From a bacterium (GTDB lineage: Bacteria; Omnitrophota; Gorgyraeia; Zapsychrales; Zapsychraceae), in NCBI GenBank assembly GCA_030429765.1, contig JAUIER010000005.1, forward strand, positions 3,175 through 67,174: a DNA stretch of 64,000 bases. The letters are read 5' to 3'. The position numbers were made by a program, and so were the translations under genes. This document shows, in pieces, positions 29,035-39,717 of the stretch (position 1 is the stretch's first letter; every line of letters starts with the position of its first letter). Under the pieces are notes generated by a model. That model was not told the DNA's origin. It did not search any database and worked only from the letters and a program-made list of their open reading frames with translations.

Positions 29035-32000
29035 TTATCTATTTTGATACTTCGCATCGCGATTATCGAATGCTGGTCGCGTTCCTTCCAAAACATCCAC
29101 AACATATGAGTTCATTTGCGGTGACTCAATTGCCCCTCCAAGATAATTAACTTTATAACTGTTTTTTCGATCAATTTCACAATAAATTATTTGCTCGGCA
29201 TCGCAAGCGACAGCAATATTAGGATGATGCGTAACCATAATTATCTGTCTCCGCCGTTTTACATCCTTTATAACCGGCTTAAGCAAAGTATAGACAGTTT
29301 GGCTGTCTAAGTTCTCTTCTGGTTGATCAACAATAATTGGATATTCACTCTTATCAACCAACAAATAAAATATAAGCAACAACGTACCTCTCTCACCGGG
29401 TGAAAGCTGAGTCAAATATTTATCATCAAGCTTTAAGGCATATTGAGGTTTAAGATAATCGAATGACCAAATAAAATCATAAACACCTTGTACTAAAACA
29501 TCCTTTCTCAATTGATCTTCAACACGCATAAACGGTTGTTTTTCATCTCTCAGATTTTGTTTTAGACTTTTTGTTATTTCTTCAGCAAAAACGATAACCT
29601 CATCAATTTTTCCAAAGTCTACACCTTCTATTAGCCGTTCTAATCTATCACTACCTTCAACCTTTCCCATGAAGGTTCCTGTCTTTCCTTGACTTATATA
29701 ATTCCCAAAGAATACAGATATAAAATTGGCTATCATTATACTGCTGTCAAAACTCAACCCAAGTTCATCTTTTATCAGCGCATTGTTGGCAATAAGGTCT
29801 TGAACAGGTTTAAATAATTGATTGTAAATTTGCCGAATAGCTTCAATTTGAGCAAATAAATTTCTTGCTTGCTCACTTCGCTTGATCTCTAATTCCTTTA
29901 ACTTATTGGGCAAATCATTTTTAATAGCCCTAATTTGTTCTTCAACATATTTAAGCGTTCCTGATATTTTTTTATCACCCTCAATTTTATTAAGTATTTT
30001 CTCCCATTCCCGTAAATCCTTAAGATAGGCTTGATATTTTTTATTTGGGGCATCTAGTGTTTCTTGTAGTTTTTCCGCATTCTCTGCCAGTTGTTGCTTT
30101 TTCATTACCAAACTTCTAGTGCCGGATTCACTTAAATATTCACCAGCCTTTATTTCTTGCCTGCTGAGACGACCTATCTTATTCTCTAAACTGCTTAAAT
30201 TTAATGTCAGACTTATAGTTGATGGTATATTCAAACTCAGTATTCTGAAATCATCAGCTGTATCATCTTTTAACTGTTCAAAGGATTTCTCAAAACCCTC
30301 AAGTTTTGTCCTAAGTTTTCGAGCCAACGCAATTCGTTCAGTGACAGCTTTCTTATAATTTACTGCAGATTCAATTCTATTTTCAAGCAACTCAATTTGG
30401 GTTTGTACTGCCTTGATCTGCTTATTTACAGCATCTATCTTTTTCTGCTCCTCTTTTGTTGGTTCACTAGGCTTAGACACCTCTTTAGGTTTGCCTTTCT
30501 TATGCGCAGAAATCTTTTGCTCTAATTCCTTTTTTTCGGATAGTAATTTTGTAAGAGTTTCTGGAGTTAATTGAATCTCGACACCAATAATTTCCGTGTT
30601 AATACGCGAAATCTGACTTCGAAAGCTGTCTAATTGCTGCTCTAATTCTTCACTATGATAGTGTATTAAATCCTCTAGACTATTGTGCCCAAGCCTGTTG
30701 TCTTCTGGTATATGAGAGAAGATTATACTGCGAAGTTCTTTCTGAAATTCATCAGAACTAGTTTCTGTGCAAATTGAGTCGAGATACGTTTGAGGAATAT
30801 ACTTTACTTTTTCAATCTTATTTAAGTCAGGATCTTGATCGAGCTGTATAGAATCTTTCGATCCATCAGCCCATGTCACTTCAGCAATAAAATTCGAAGC
30901 AAATTTCCCATTTTTCTCTCTAAACCTCTTACTAGTCAAAAAAGAAAAATATTTAGGTAGGCAATGAGTATTGCAAGCGGTTGCCATTATATCGGTCAAT
31001 GCGCTTTTTCCCTCTCCTTTATTTCCTATGATAGCAACCATATCAAAGTTTAATGGTATATCATTATCAAACCATTCTCTTGCCCCAGAGATAGTACCGA
31101 CTTTACTAATATTTATATGCGACAAATAATTAGTGCTATTGTTAGTTACCGTCTTAATTTTATCAGGCGTATCACATATATTGATGCGATCTTCTGGCTC
31201 ATTACAAATTTGTTTTAATCCTTCAAAAGTGGGATCAGCCTTGATCCAACAAAACTTATTTACCGGTTTAGAGTTACTATCTTTAAGTTGACCTATTTCA
31301 TCATTTGAATCGTGAGAATCACTCCCCTTAATGCAGGGTAATTTCTTACCAAACCAATCTTTATACTGTTGTTCAGTAAATTTTTGATTCTTCCATAGAA
31401 AAAAATCAATCTGATTCTTATTTGAAGATCCAATAATATTTGCGTTATTAATCAACCTTTGCTTAAAAAGTCTATCATTAACTGGATCAACCTCATCAGC
31501 ACCCCCATACTCATCGTAAGGAAGCCAAATTAAAAAACTATTACGTAAAGTTTTTTCACTTTTTAATTCATTGATTGTTGCAAAATAATCTACAGCAGCA
31601 TCATTCAGAAGATATATTGAATCGTTATAATGTGAACTGATTTTTTCATCATTAACTTTAAAAGATTTTATAGCATTTTCTATATCATCTGGGCTTAAAC
31701 TATTATCGAAAATTATATGAAAGTTAATGCGTGTACCACTTTTTTGGCTATGCTTACTAATTACAATATTATTCATCCTACACTCAACAACCGGCAGTAA
31801 TATTTTAATACGTAGCTTTTCTAAAGCATCTCTATATGCTTGATTACCTTTGCTGGCTTCATCTGGATCATTAAGCCTTTTAAGGACTTCTTTATATCCC
31901 GTAACAGAGAAATAGTCATTTATTCCGATTACATCACAATCAGCATTGCCTAACTGTATTATGAATTGATTCCAGTCCCCCTTAAATCCTGAGGATGCCG

Positions 32001-32094
32001 GACTATGTACATGTAGATCCCACTTCCGCCAAATGGAACCTACCTGGTTTGTTGTATCATTCCGAAGTTCTGTTTTGATGATATTACCCTCCAA
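29035..32094 (-). CDS. PHP-domain phosphoesterase fused to an SMC/RecN/SbcC-like ABC ATPase with a long coiled-coil insert (1019 aa); candidate defence protein; TTG start.
   Basis: PHP motifs WDLHVHS, VIGINDY, ECRM, NFHIIF, GSDSHD. Walker A GNKGEGKS. ~300-aa coiled coil. ABC signature LSPGERG. Walker B IIVDQPE. H-loop MVTHHP. Confidence 0.7.
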   Translation of the reverse strand: MEGNIIKTELRNDTTNQVGSIWRKWDLHVHSPASSGFKGDWNQFIIQLGNADCDVIGINDYFSVTGYKEVLKRLNDPDEASKGNQAYRDALEKLRIKILLPVVECRMNNIVISKHSQKSGTRINFHIIFDNSLSPDDIENAIKSFKVNDEKISSHYNDSIYLLNDAAVDYFATINELKSEKTLRNSFLIWLPYDEYGGADEVDPVNDRLFKQRLINNANIIGSSNKNQIDFFLWKNQKFTEQQYKDWFGKKLPCIKGSDSHDSNDEIGQLKDSNSKPVNKFCWIKADPTFEGLKQICNEPEDRINICDTPDKIKTVTNNSTNYLSHINISKVGTISGAREWFDNDIPLNFDMVAIIGNKGEGKSALTDIMATACNTHCLPKYFSFLTSKRFREKNGKFASNFIAEVTWADGSKDSIQLDQDPDLNKIEKVKYIPQTYLDSICTETSSDEFQKELRSIIFSHIPEDNRLGHNSLEDLIHYHSEELEQQLDSFRSQISRINTEIIGVEIQLTPETLTKLLSEKKELEQKISAHKKGKPKEVSKPSEPTKEEQKKIDAVNKQIKAVQTQIELLENRIESAVNYKKAVTERIALARKLRTKLEGFEKSFEQLKDDTADDFRILSLNIPSTISLTLNLSSLENKIGRLSRQEIKAGEYLSESGTRSLVMKKQQLAENAEKLQETLDAPNKKYQAYLKDLREWEKILNKIEGDKKISGTLKYVEEQIRAIKNDLPNKLKELEIKRSEQARNLFAQIEAIRQIYNQLFKPVQDLIANNALIKDELGLSFDSSIMIANFISVFFGNYISQGKTGTFMGKVEGSDRLERLIEGVDFGKIDEVIVFAEEITKSLKQNLRDEKQPFMRVEDQLRKDVLVQGVYDFIWSFDYLKPQYALKLDDKYLTQLSPGERGTLLLIFYLLVDKSEYPIIVDQPEENLDSQTVYTLLKPVIKDVKRRRQIIMVTHHPNIAVACDAEQIIYCEIDRKNSYKVNYLGGAIESPQMNSYVVDVLEGTRPAFDNRDAKYQNR

Positions 32095-32260
32095 TTTCTC
32101 TTAAACAAAAAAACCTCCGCCAACGCTGGCAAAGGTCTTAATTTTGATCGTATAGCGAATTTTTCCGTAAGATTTAACAACGCTAGCGTATGTAGATATT
32201 AGAGCAAATACGCCACCCAATGTCAATCGTTCGAAATCACTGACATTTCTCTACCATAGA

Positions 32261-32278
32261 TGTTACACATACGTTATC
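32261..32278. repeat. Second copy of the 18-bp subterminal repeat tgttacacatacgttatc (see 760..777).
   Basis: Exact match read in the sequence. Confidence 0.6.
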
Positions 32279-32302
32279 GCAACCCTATTTTGGATGGAAC
32301 TT

Positions 32303-32346
32303 AAAAAAATAACCCCCTGTAAGTGCTTGACCTACAAGGGGTTATT

Positions 32347-32347
<1 letters not shown>
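32303..32347 (-). terminator. Rho-independent terminator immediately downstream of tRNA-Met (arms aaataacccc / ggggttattt, followed on the minus strand by a T7 run).
   Basis: Inverted repeat plus poly-A at 32303..32309 on the plus strand. Confidence 0.55.
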
Positions 32348-32423
<76 letters not shown>

Positions 32424-32610
32424 ATCTTTATTTGATAGCCTGAGCGGAACGGACGATAACTTGCTTCCGCAACTTGTTTAAAATTCTAATATCGAATGTC
32501 GAAATCCGAAACAAATTATAAATTCGAATTTTAAAATCTCAAAATGTTTTGTTACATTCTAATTTCGACATTGTTTCGAACTTCGGTATTCGAAATTCGA
32601 TATTTACCAA

Positions 32611-32895
32611 CTATTCCACTTCAGTATTCGCAAGTGGAACCTGCTCAATCCGGTAAATCACTTCTCCGTCGCGGACGATGCCCATTTTTTCGCGGGCGAC
32701 ACGCTCCAGGTAAACCGGATCTTCTTCGAGCTTTCGCTTTTCCTCCGCCAGCTCCAGATTCTTACGCGTGAGATCTTCAATATCGCGTTCGTACTGACGG
32801 TTTTTTTCAAGCAGCTGCTGCTTTTTGGAAAAGGCCGGTAAAAATACCAGGATTAATCCCACAACGACCAAAAGCAGCCAAATAATATTTTTCAT
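32611..32895 (-). CDS. ftsB: Cell division protein FtsB/DivIC (septum formation initiator).
   Basis: N-terminal TM helix, coiled coil, C-terminal EKMGIVRDGEVIY; classic position downstream of eno. Confidence 0.7.
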   Translation of the reverse strand: MKNIIWLLLVVVGLILVFLPAFSKKQQLLEKNRQYERDIEDLTRKNLELAEEKRKLEEDPVYLERVAREKMGIVRDGEVIYRIEQVPLANTEVE

Positions 32896-32980
32896 GACTA
32901 GTAAATAATATTGAGTGGTTAGTGTGTAGTCGTGATTAGTGACTCAAAACTACCATCCTCTAACCTCTATTTACTACTCA

Positions 32981-34270
<1,290 letters not shown>

Positions 34271-34525
34271 TTAATAGAGATGATAGTTGTTGAAACTGTT
34301 GAACTAACCGTCATTACCGTATTTTGCGGCCCGATCAGTAATAAGCGCACAATTTAGCATAGTTCAATGGGGATGTCAAGGACGGTTGATAACTTTCTGT
34401 CCCTGTGTATCACACAGACGGTCGTAAGTACTAGTATATATATTGTTAATATAGCGTTTGCATATATTTGTGGTATACTTGGGAAAACAAACAAACTGCA
34501 AGAAAGGTGTTTGCCTCTACTTATT

Positions 34526-37500
34526 ATGAAAAAAAATCCTGTAATTATCTACCTTCGGCTTCACTGGGCCAAACTTCTTCTTATCTTCTTCGCCGCATCC
34601 TTCGTATTTATACTTGTATCGTTGATGTGGTTCGGATTCAGCGGTTATATCGAGCTTGAATCATTTTCCCAACGTCAAATGAAAACCCAGATGGGAATGT
34701 ACATTATGATGGGGATTGTTCAGGCAATCGTCTTCGTAGCCGCTCTGGGAGCCCTTCATTACTACCAAATGAATGGCATGCTGAAGAATTTAGGAAAAGA
34801 TTCCGCTATGGAGGTAAAACCCAACATCAAGTGGGATGATGTGGTGGGTATGGAGTACGCCAAACGCGATGCCTGGGAAATTGTAGAGTTTCTCCGCGAT
34901 CAAAAGAAAATCAAAAGTATCGGTGGGAAGATCATTAAAGGTACGATGTTTCTGGGGCCTCCCGGATGTGGAAAAACGTACCTAGCCAAAGCCATTGCAA
35001 CAGAGGTCGACCTGCCCTTTCTGTCTGCCGTGGGAAGCGACTTTGTCGGCATGCTCGTGGGGCAAGGTGCTGCCAGAATGAAAGGCCTTTTCAAGAAAGC
35101 ACGGAAACTAGCAAAGATATACGGCGGGGTTATTATCTTCTTTGATGAAATTGATTCGTTCGCCACACACCGTAGAGCCGATACAGGTCTTGGCGGAGGA
35201 CAAACCAGCCACAATGCAACGATTAACCAATTTCTGACGGAATTGGACGGCCTCCGAAAAACCGAAAACAACATTGTTGTCTTTGCGGCCACCAACTCTG
35301 GCGAAGAAGAACTTGATGCGGCCATTATGCGTTCAGGACGTTTTGACCGGAAAATCCAAGTTGATTATCCTGGAACCAGAGATCGAGAGGGTCTTGTTAA
35401 GTTTTACCTCAACAAAATTCAGCACGATAGCTCCTGCAATCCTACCATCTTAGCCAAACAAACGATATGGTTTTCCCCCGCGGATATCGACAACCTTGTT
35501 CGTGAAGCAGCCATTTTTGCTCAAAGAGAAAAACGCGAAGTAGTTTCACAAAAAGATCTAACCAAAGCGAAAGACCATATTATCAAGATCCTAAGTAAAT
35601 CTGGCACCCGAAACATCGCTTTCGCCCAAAAACAAGTACATTGGGATGAAATCATCGGAATGGATGAAGTTAAAAAGGAAGTTTGGGACATCATCACTCG
35701 GATGAGAAATTATAGAAAATCTGATACACATACCCGCTTAGCCAAGGCATACCTGCTTTTGGGACCTCCAGGCACCGGAAAAACTCATTTTGTTCATGCC
35801 ATCTCGACGGAAACCATGTATCCCATCATTCCACTTAATCCTGCAGATTTGTATGCCATGGATTGGCACAGGGCCATCGGAAAAGTCAAAAGAACCTTTG
35901 AGGAAGCCAAGGCTCTGAACCGTACAGAGAATGGGTGTATCTTGTACATCGACAATATCGACAGTCTCGTTTGGAGCGATCGGGACGTCAGCTCTAATTT
36001 GTTACAAAATATATTCATGAGTGAATTGGATCAAATACTCACAGGAGACAATAACATTTTTGTATTTGGCGAGTCTACGGAACAAGAGGACGACTTGAGT
36101 GACCAGCTTACAAAAGTAAGCCGATTCAGCCAAAAAATATTCTTCTATCGCCCCGGTTCAGAAGATCGAGGCCGCCTCCTCAACAAATTCTTACACAAAA
36201 AAGCATTCGCGAAAGATATCGAAATTGAGGAAATCGTGCGAAGAACTATGTGGTTTTCCATTGTCGATCTAAAAAGCATGATCACCGAAGCGCAATTACT
36301 ATCTGACAAGGACGATGGCATCATCAGAAAAAATCACTTTGAAAAAGCCATCGAAAAGACAATTAATATTATTGAAAAAGCCAGCGGGTCCTTCTTAATG
36401 GCAACCCGTGTTGATGTACAGTGGAAAAATGTCATTGGAATGGACACGGCCAAGAAAGACGCCTGGGAAATTGTGGAGCTACTCCGTGATCAAAAACTTT
36501 TAAAACTCATTGGTGGAAAAATCATCAAAGGTACCCTAATGACTGGCCCCCCTGGCTGTGGTAAAACTTATCTTGCTAAGGCCATAGCTACAGAAGCTCA
36601 ATTACCCTTCCTAGCCGTTTCAGGAAGTGAGTTTGTTGGGATTTATGTTGGGACGGGCGCCGCACGTATGAAAAAGCTTTTTGCCGAAGCTCGCGCACTA
36701 GCCAGAGCTGAAAAAGGCTGCATCATCTTCATCGATGAGATCGATGCGTTTGCTAGACATCGCCAAGGACTCACGGGTGGCGGAGCTGGAATGAGTCATA
36801 ATGCAACGATCAACCAGTTTTTAACGGAATTGGATGGCCTTAGAAAGGCTGAAAACAACATCGTATGTCTGGCGGCTACTAATGCTTCGGAAGCCGACCT
36901 AGATTCCGCTATTACACGATCAGGTCGATTTGAACGAGTAATAGAAGTTTCTTATCCTAATCTTAAAGAACGTAAAGATCTCCTTGAATTCTATATCCAA
37001 AAAGTCAAATACGAAGAGGACATCAACCTCGGACAACTGGCACGCCGGATTTTATGGTTTACCCCGGCCAACATCGACCAGCTCATTCGAGAAGCCGGAC
37101 TTCTGGCTCTGAGGGATAAACGCGAAAAAATCACGGCAAAGGATCTGTCACAAGCCTATGATAAAATCGAATACGGAAATAAATCCAATCTCATACAGAC
37201 CCCGGAACAGCTTGAATGGACAGCATATCACGAGGCTGCGCATGCTATTGTTGGGTATATCCTGCATCCGAGTCACGATGTGGTTAAGGCCACCATCATT
37301 CCGCGTGCCGGTTCACTTGGCTTTGTAGCACCTAGACCCCGCTATGAAGAATATTGCAAGAATCGTGAGTGGTTCTTAGCCAAAATCAAAACGTTTGTAG
37401 CCAGTTATGCAGGAGAAATGATCAAGTATGGATCCACCAGCAGTGGCGTAGGTGGCGGCCCAGGATCCGACTTTTATGTTGCTTTATCCTTCGCTAAAAC

Positions 37501-37816
37501 AATGGTATGGCGATACGGAATGGGTAAATCCGGCCTGATTGGAGATTTTATGGCCTTTACAAGATACTATGCAAACGAGACATACTTATCTGAAAAGACT
37601 CGCGAAACACTCGACGATGATGTTCAGTTGATATTACAAGAATGTTTGAAGGAATGTTATGACTTATTAAATGAACATCGAGAACTTTTTGAGTATTTCG
37701 CCCAGGAACTCCTTGCCAAGCAAGAACTTGAGTATGATGAAATCGAAGCTATCTTTAAAAAATTCAACGTCAAACCAAAAACTCGCCCTCCCATCCTAGA
37801 CGAAATAGATGAGTAA
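34526..37816 (+). CDS. FtsH-family membrane zinc metalloprotease with three tandem AAA+ modules: modules 1 and 3 canonical, module 2 with Walker B DNID instead of DEID, then an M41 peptidase domain (HEAAH). The ORF track starts at 34367; the ATG at 34526 (MKKNPV..) is preferred.
   Basis: GPPGCGKTYLAKAIATE twice and GPPGTGKTHFVHAIS once; IIFFDEIDSF / ILYIDNIDSL / IIFIDEIDAF; SGRFDR arginine-finger regions; YHEAAHAIVGYILH. Confidence 0.8.
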   Translation: MKKNPVIIYLRLHWAKLLLIFFAASFVFILVSLMWFGFSGYIELESFSQRQMKTQMGMYIMMGIVQAIVFVAALGALHYYQMNGMLKNLGKDSAMEVKPNIKWDDVVGMEYAKRDAWEIVEFLRDQKKIKSIGGKIIKGTMFLGPPGCGKTYLAKAIATEVDLPFLSAVGSDFVGMLVGQGAARMKGLFKKARKLAKIYGGVIIFFDEIDSFATHRRADTGLGGGQTSHNATINQFLTELDGLRKTENNIVVFAATNSGEEELDAAIMRSGRFDRKIQVDYPGTRDREGLVKFYLNKIQHDSSCNPTILAKQTIWFSPADIDNLVREAAIFAQREKREVVSQKDLTKAKDHIIKILSKSGTRNIAFAQKQVHWDEIIGMDEVKKEVWDIITRMRNYRKSDTHTRLAKAYLLLGPPGTGKTHFVHAISTETMYPIIPLNPADLYAMDWHRAIGKVKRTFEEAKALNRTENGCILYIDNIDSLVWSDRDVSSNLLQNIFMSELDQILTGDNNIFVFGESTEQEDDLSDQLTKVSRFSQKIFFYRPGSEDRGRLLNKFLHKKAFAKDIEIEEIVRRTMWFSIVDLKSMITEAQLLSDKDDGIIRKNHFEKAIEKTINIIEKASGSFLMATRVDVQWKNVIGMDTAKKDAWEIVELLRDQKLLKLIGGKIIKGTLMTGPPGCGKTYLAKAIATEAQLPFLAVSGSEFVGIYVGTGAARMKKLFAEARALARAEKGCIIFIDEIDAFARHRQGLTGGGAGMSHNATINQFLTELDGLRKAENNIVCLAATNASEADLDSAITRSGRFERVIEVSYPNLKERKDLLEFYIQKVKYEEDINLGQLARRILWFTPANIDQLIREAGLLALRDKREKITAKDLSQAYDKIEYGNKSNLIQTPEQLEWTAYHEAAHAIVGYILHPSHDVVKATIIPRAGSLGFVAPRPRYEEYCKNREWFLAKIKTFVASYAGEMIKYGSTSSGVGGGPGSDFYVALSFAKTMVWRYGMGKSGLIGDFMAFTRYYANETYLSEKTRETLDDDVQLILQECLKECYDLLNEHRELFEYFAQELLAKQELEYDEIEAIFKKFNVKPKTRPPILDEIDE

Positions 37817-38927
37817 AATTGATCAAAATTTTTCAACACATTGGTTTGCATCGTCAATTCATCTGTGGCTATTTGCAGCTATGCTCTTCTTGTCGACTGC
37901 TCTGATCTTGACTGGATGTGAAAACAATACGGCCGTGGAGATCGCTACCACACCAGCCCATGAGAGATTGAAAGAAATATTAATCGAAGAAAAAAACGTA
38001 AATGCCATAACAAGAGCATTCGAAAACTCGATATGGATATACGTACCGCTAGAAAATCCGTTTCTAGAAATGTCGTCAAGTGACAAGGGCCCCCAGAAGT
38101 CCTCAGATATGCAGGAAAAATTGTCGCTTTATTACCTTGATGGCCAATTCGATGGCCAATACTTCAACGTAGCCTTTGACGTGGGACAATCTAGGTCCTA
38201 TATGAATGATCGGGGACTCCAGAACAAGTATACTGAAGAATATAGCCTTGTTAGTCGGCAAATTACCACCGCCATCAGCAGTGCTTACAGCAATATAGAA
38301 CGTAAAGTGGGAACTCACGCCTATATCGAGAAAATTCAGGGAGATCGTGATTATGCCGACCCCGGAAAGGATCGAACACACTCTGCACTAATCCAGTCAA
38401 ACGTACTTTTTGAGAAAAAAGTACCGGACTTTTTTGTAATTATTATTGCGGACATCAAGACGGGTATCGAAACCCGAAGCATGCTATATCTCCAAGACCT
38501 AAGGAGAGCCCATATGGATCATACGTTTTTCGAAGAATATGCCAAACGTAATATTACTAAACAACCCTCCGGCCATTCAATCATCATCGGAGATTCCGTA
38601 GGAGAATACGTGGACTACCACGATATCACCTGGAATGAATTCCTAATGGCCCAAATATTACACAGAATTAACTTTCAGTACTCAGTAAGTTCACAGCCTC
38701 CAAAAGATGACAAATTTGAAACATTTAAGAAAATCATCAATCAAACCCTTTCAGCATATCCTCACCGGAATTATCTAGGCGTCAAGTTAAACAATTTGAG
38801 AATAGGTAAACGAAAAACTATGGGCCTAGAAGAAATTCCAAAGTTCAAGGACTATGAAAACCCAGATGCAGGACGGATACACAATATCAAGGTTGATATA
38901 GCACCTCCAGCCCAAGGTGGAATCTAG
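37809..38927 (+). CDS. Hypothetical lipoprotein (lipobox LTGC).
   Basis: Signal peptide + ALILTGCEN; overlaps the FtsH-like stop by 8 nt. Confidence 0.5.
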   Translation: MSKIDQNFSTHWFASSIHLWLFAAMLFLSTALILTGCENNTAVEIATTPAHERLKEILIEEKNVNAITRAFENSIWIYVPLENPFLEMSSSDKGPQKSSDMQEKLSLYYLDGQFDGQYFNVAFDVGQSRSYMNDRGLQNKYTEEYSLVSRQITTAISSAYSNIERKVGTHAYIEKIQGDRDYADPGKDRTHSALIQSNVLFEKKVPDFFVIIIADIKTGIETRSMLYLQDLRRAHMDHTFFEEYAKRNITKQPSGHSIIIGDSVGEYVDYHDITWNEFLMAQILHRINFQYSVSSQPPKDDKFETFKKIINQTLSAYPHRNYLGVKLNNLRIGKRKTMGLEEIPKFKDYENPDAGRIHNIKVDIAPPAQGGI

Positions 38928-38961
38928 TCCCTTTAATATATTCCAGATATAGATAAAAGAA

Positions 38962-39585
38962 TTACTTCGCCGGCACGATCTTGACACGACGGGCGGCCTG
39001 GACTTTGAGGCGTCCCTGTTCATACATCGCGATGGCTTTTTTGAAGACACGATGTTCAATCGCGTGGATTTTTTCGGTGAGATTTTCAAGCGTCTCTCCC
39101 TCCGGCACCTTAATGCTCTCCTGAAGGATAATCGGCCCGTTGTCCATCTTGTCGTTAACAAAATGGATCGTCACGCCGGTGATCTTGGCACCGTAGGTAA
39201 ACGCGTCCTTGATCCCCTGCTTGCCTTTAAAAGCCGGCAGCAGTGACGGATGCACATTGATGATCTTGTTGGGGAACTCCTTGACGAAATACGGCGTTAG
39301 CAACTTCATATAACCGGCTAACACAATAAAATCGATCTTGGCGCGTTTGAGGTTGATAACGATATCCCGGTCGTAACTTTGCGGGTTGGTATAGTCACGG
39401 GGATGAAGATGAAGGGTTTCAAGCCCGATCTCGGCCGCGTATTTAATCGCTTCGGCCTTGGGCTTGTTTGAAAATACCAGCGCCAGTTCAGAAGCGATTT
39501 CTCCCTTCTTCACCGCGTCGACGATGGCATGCAGATTGCTACCTTTTCCTGATACAAATACGGCAAATCGCAATGGCTTCTTCAT
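38962..39585 (-). CDS. purN: Phosphoribosylglycinamide formyltransferase.
   Basis: RFAVFVSGKGSNLHAIVDA...VLAGYMKLL...NVHPSLLPAFKG. Confidence 0.9.
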   Translation of the reverse strand: MKKPLRFAVFVSGKGSNLHAIVDAVKKGEIASELALVFSNKPKAEAIKYAAEIGLETLHLHPRDYTNPQSYDRDIVINLKRAKIDFIVLAGYMKLLTPYFVKEFPNKIINVHPSLLPAFKGKQGIKDAFTYGAKITGVTIHFVNDKMDNGPIILQESIKVPEGETLENLTEKIHAIEHRVFKKAIAMYEQGRLKVQAARRVKIVPAK

Positions 39586-39717
39586 AGTATTTCAAGGTGA
39601 ATCAATTAATCAAGCGTCTCGGTTAACTTCCTAAGTATGCCATTTTCTGACGAAATATCAATGCTTTGTTGAAAAATTACCAGCCATTTCCAAAATATTT
39701 AAAGCGTCGACAATTGC

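Larger units (their letters stand above)
645..32346. mobile_element. Putative integrated genomic island or integrative element (~31.7 kb) inserted at the 3' end of tRNA-Met. It is mosaic: an AT-rich segment 17.4-32.3 kb carries int/xis/primase and defence-like cargo, while segments 0.8-4.9 kb and 11.5-17.4 kb are nearer core composition. This may reflect tandem accretion of more than one element.
   Basis: 45-bp tRNA direct repeats at both ends; 18-bp subterminal direct repeats (760..777 and 32261..32278); tyrosine integrase, excisionase and P4-type primase inside; strong GC drop in 17.4-32.3 kb. Confidence 0.6.
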
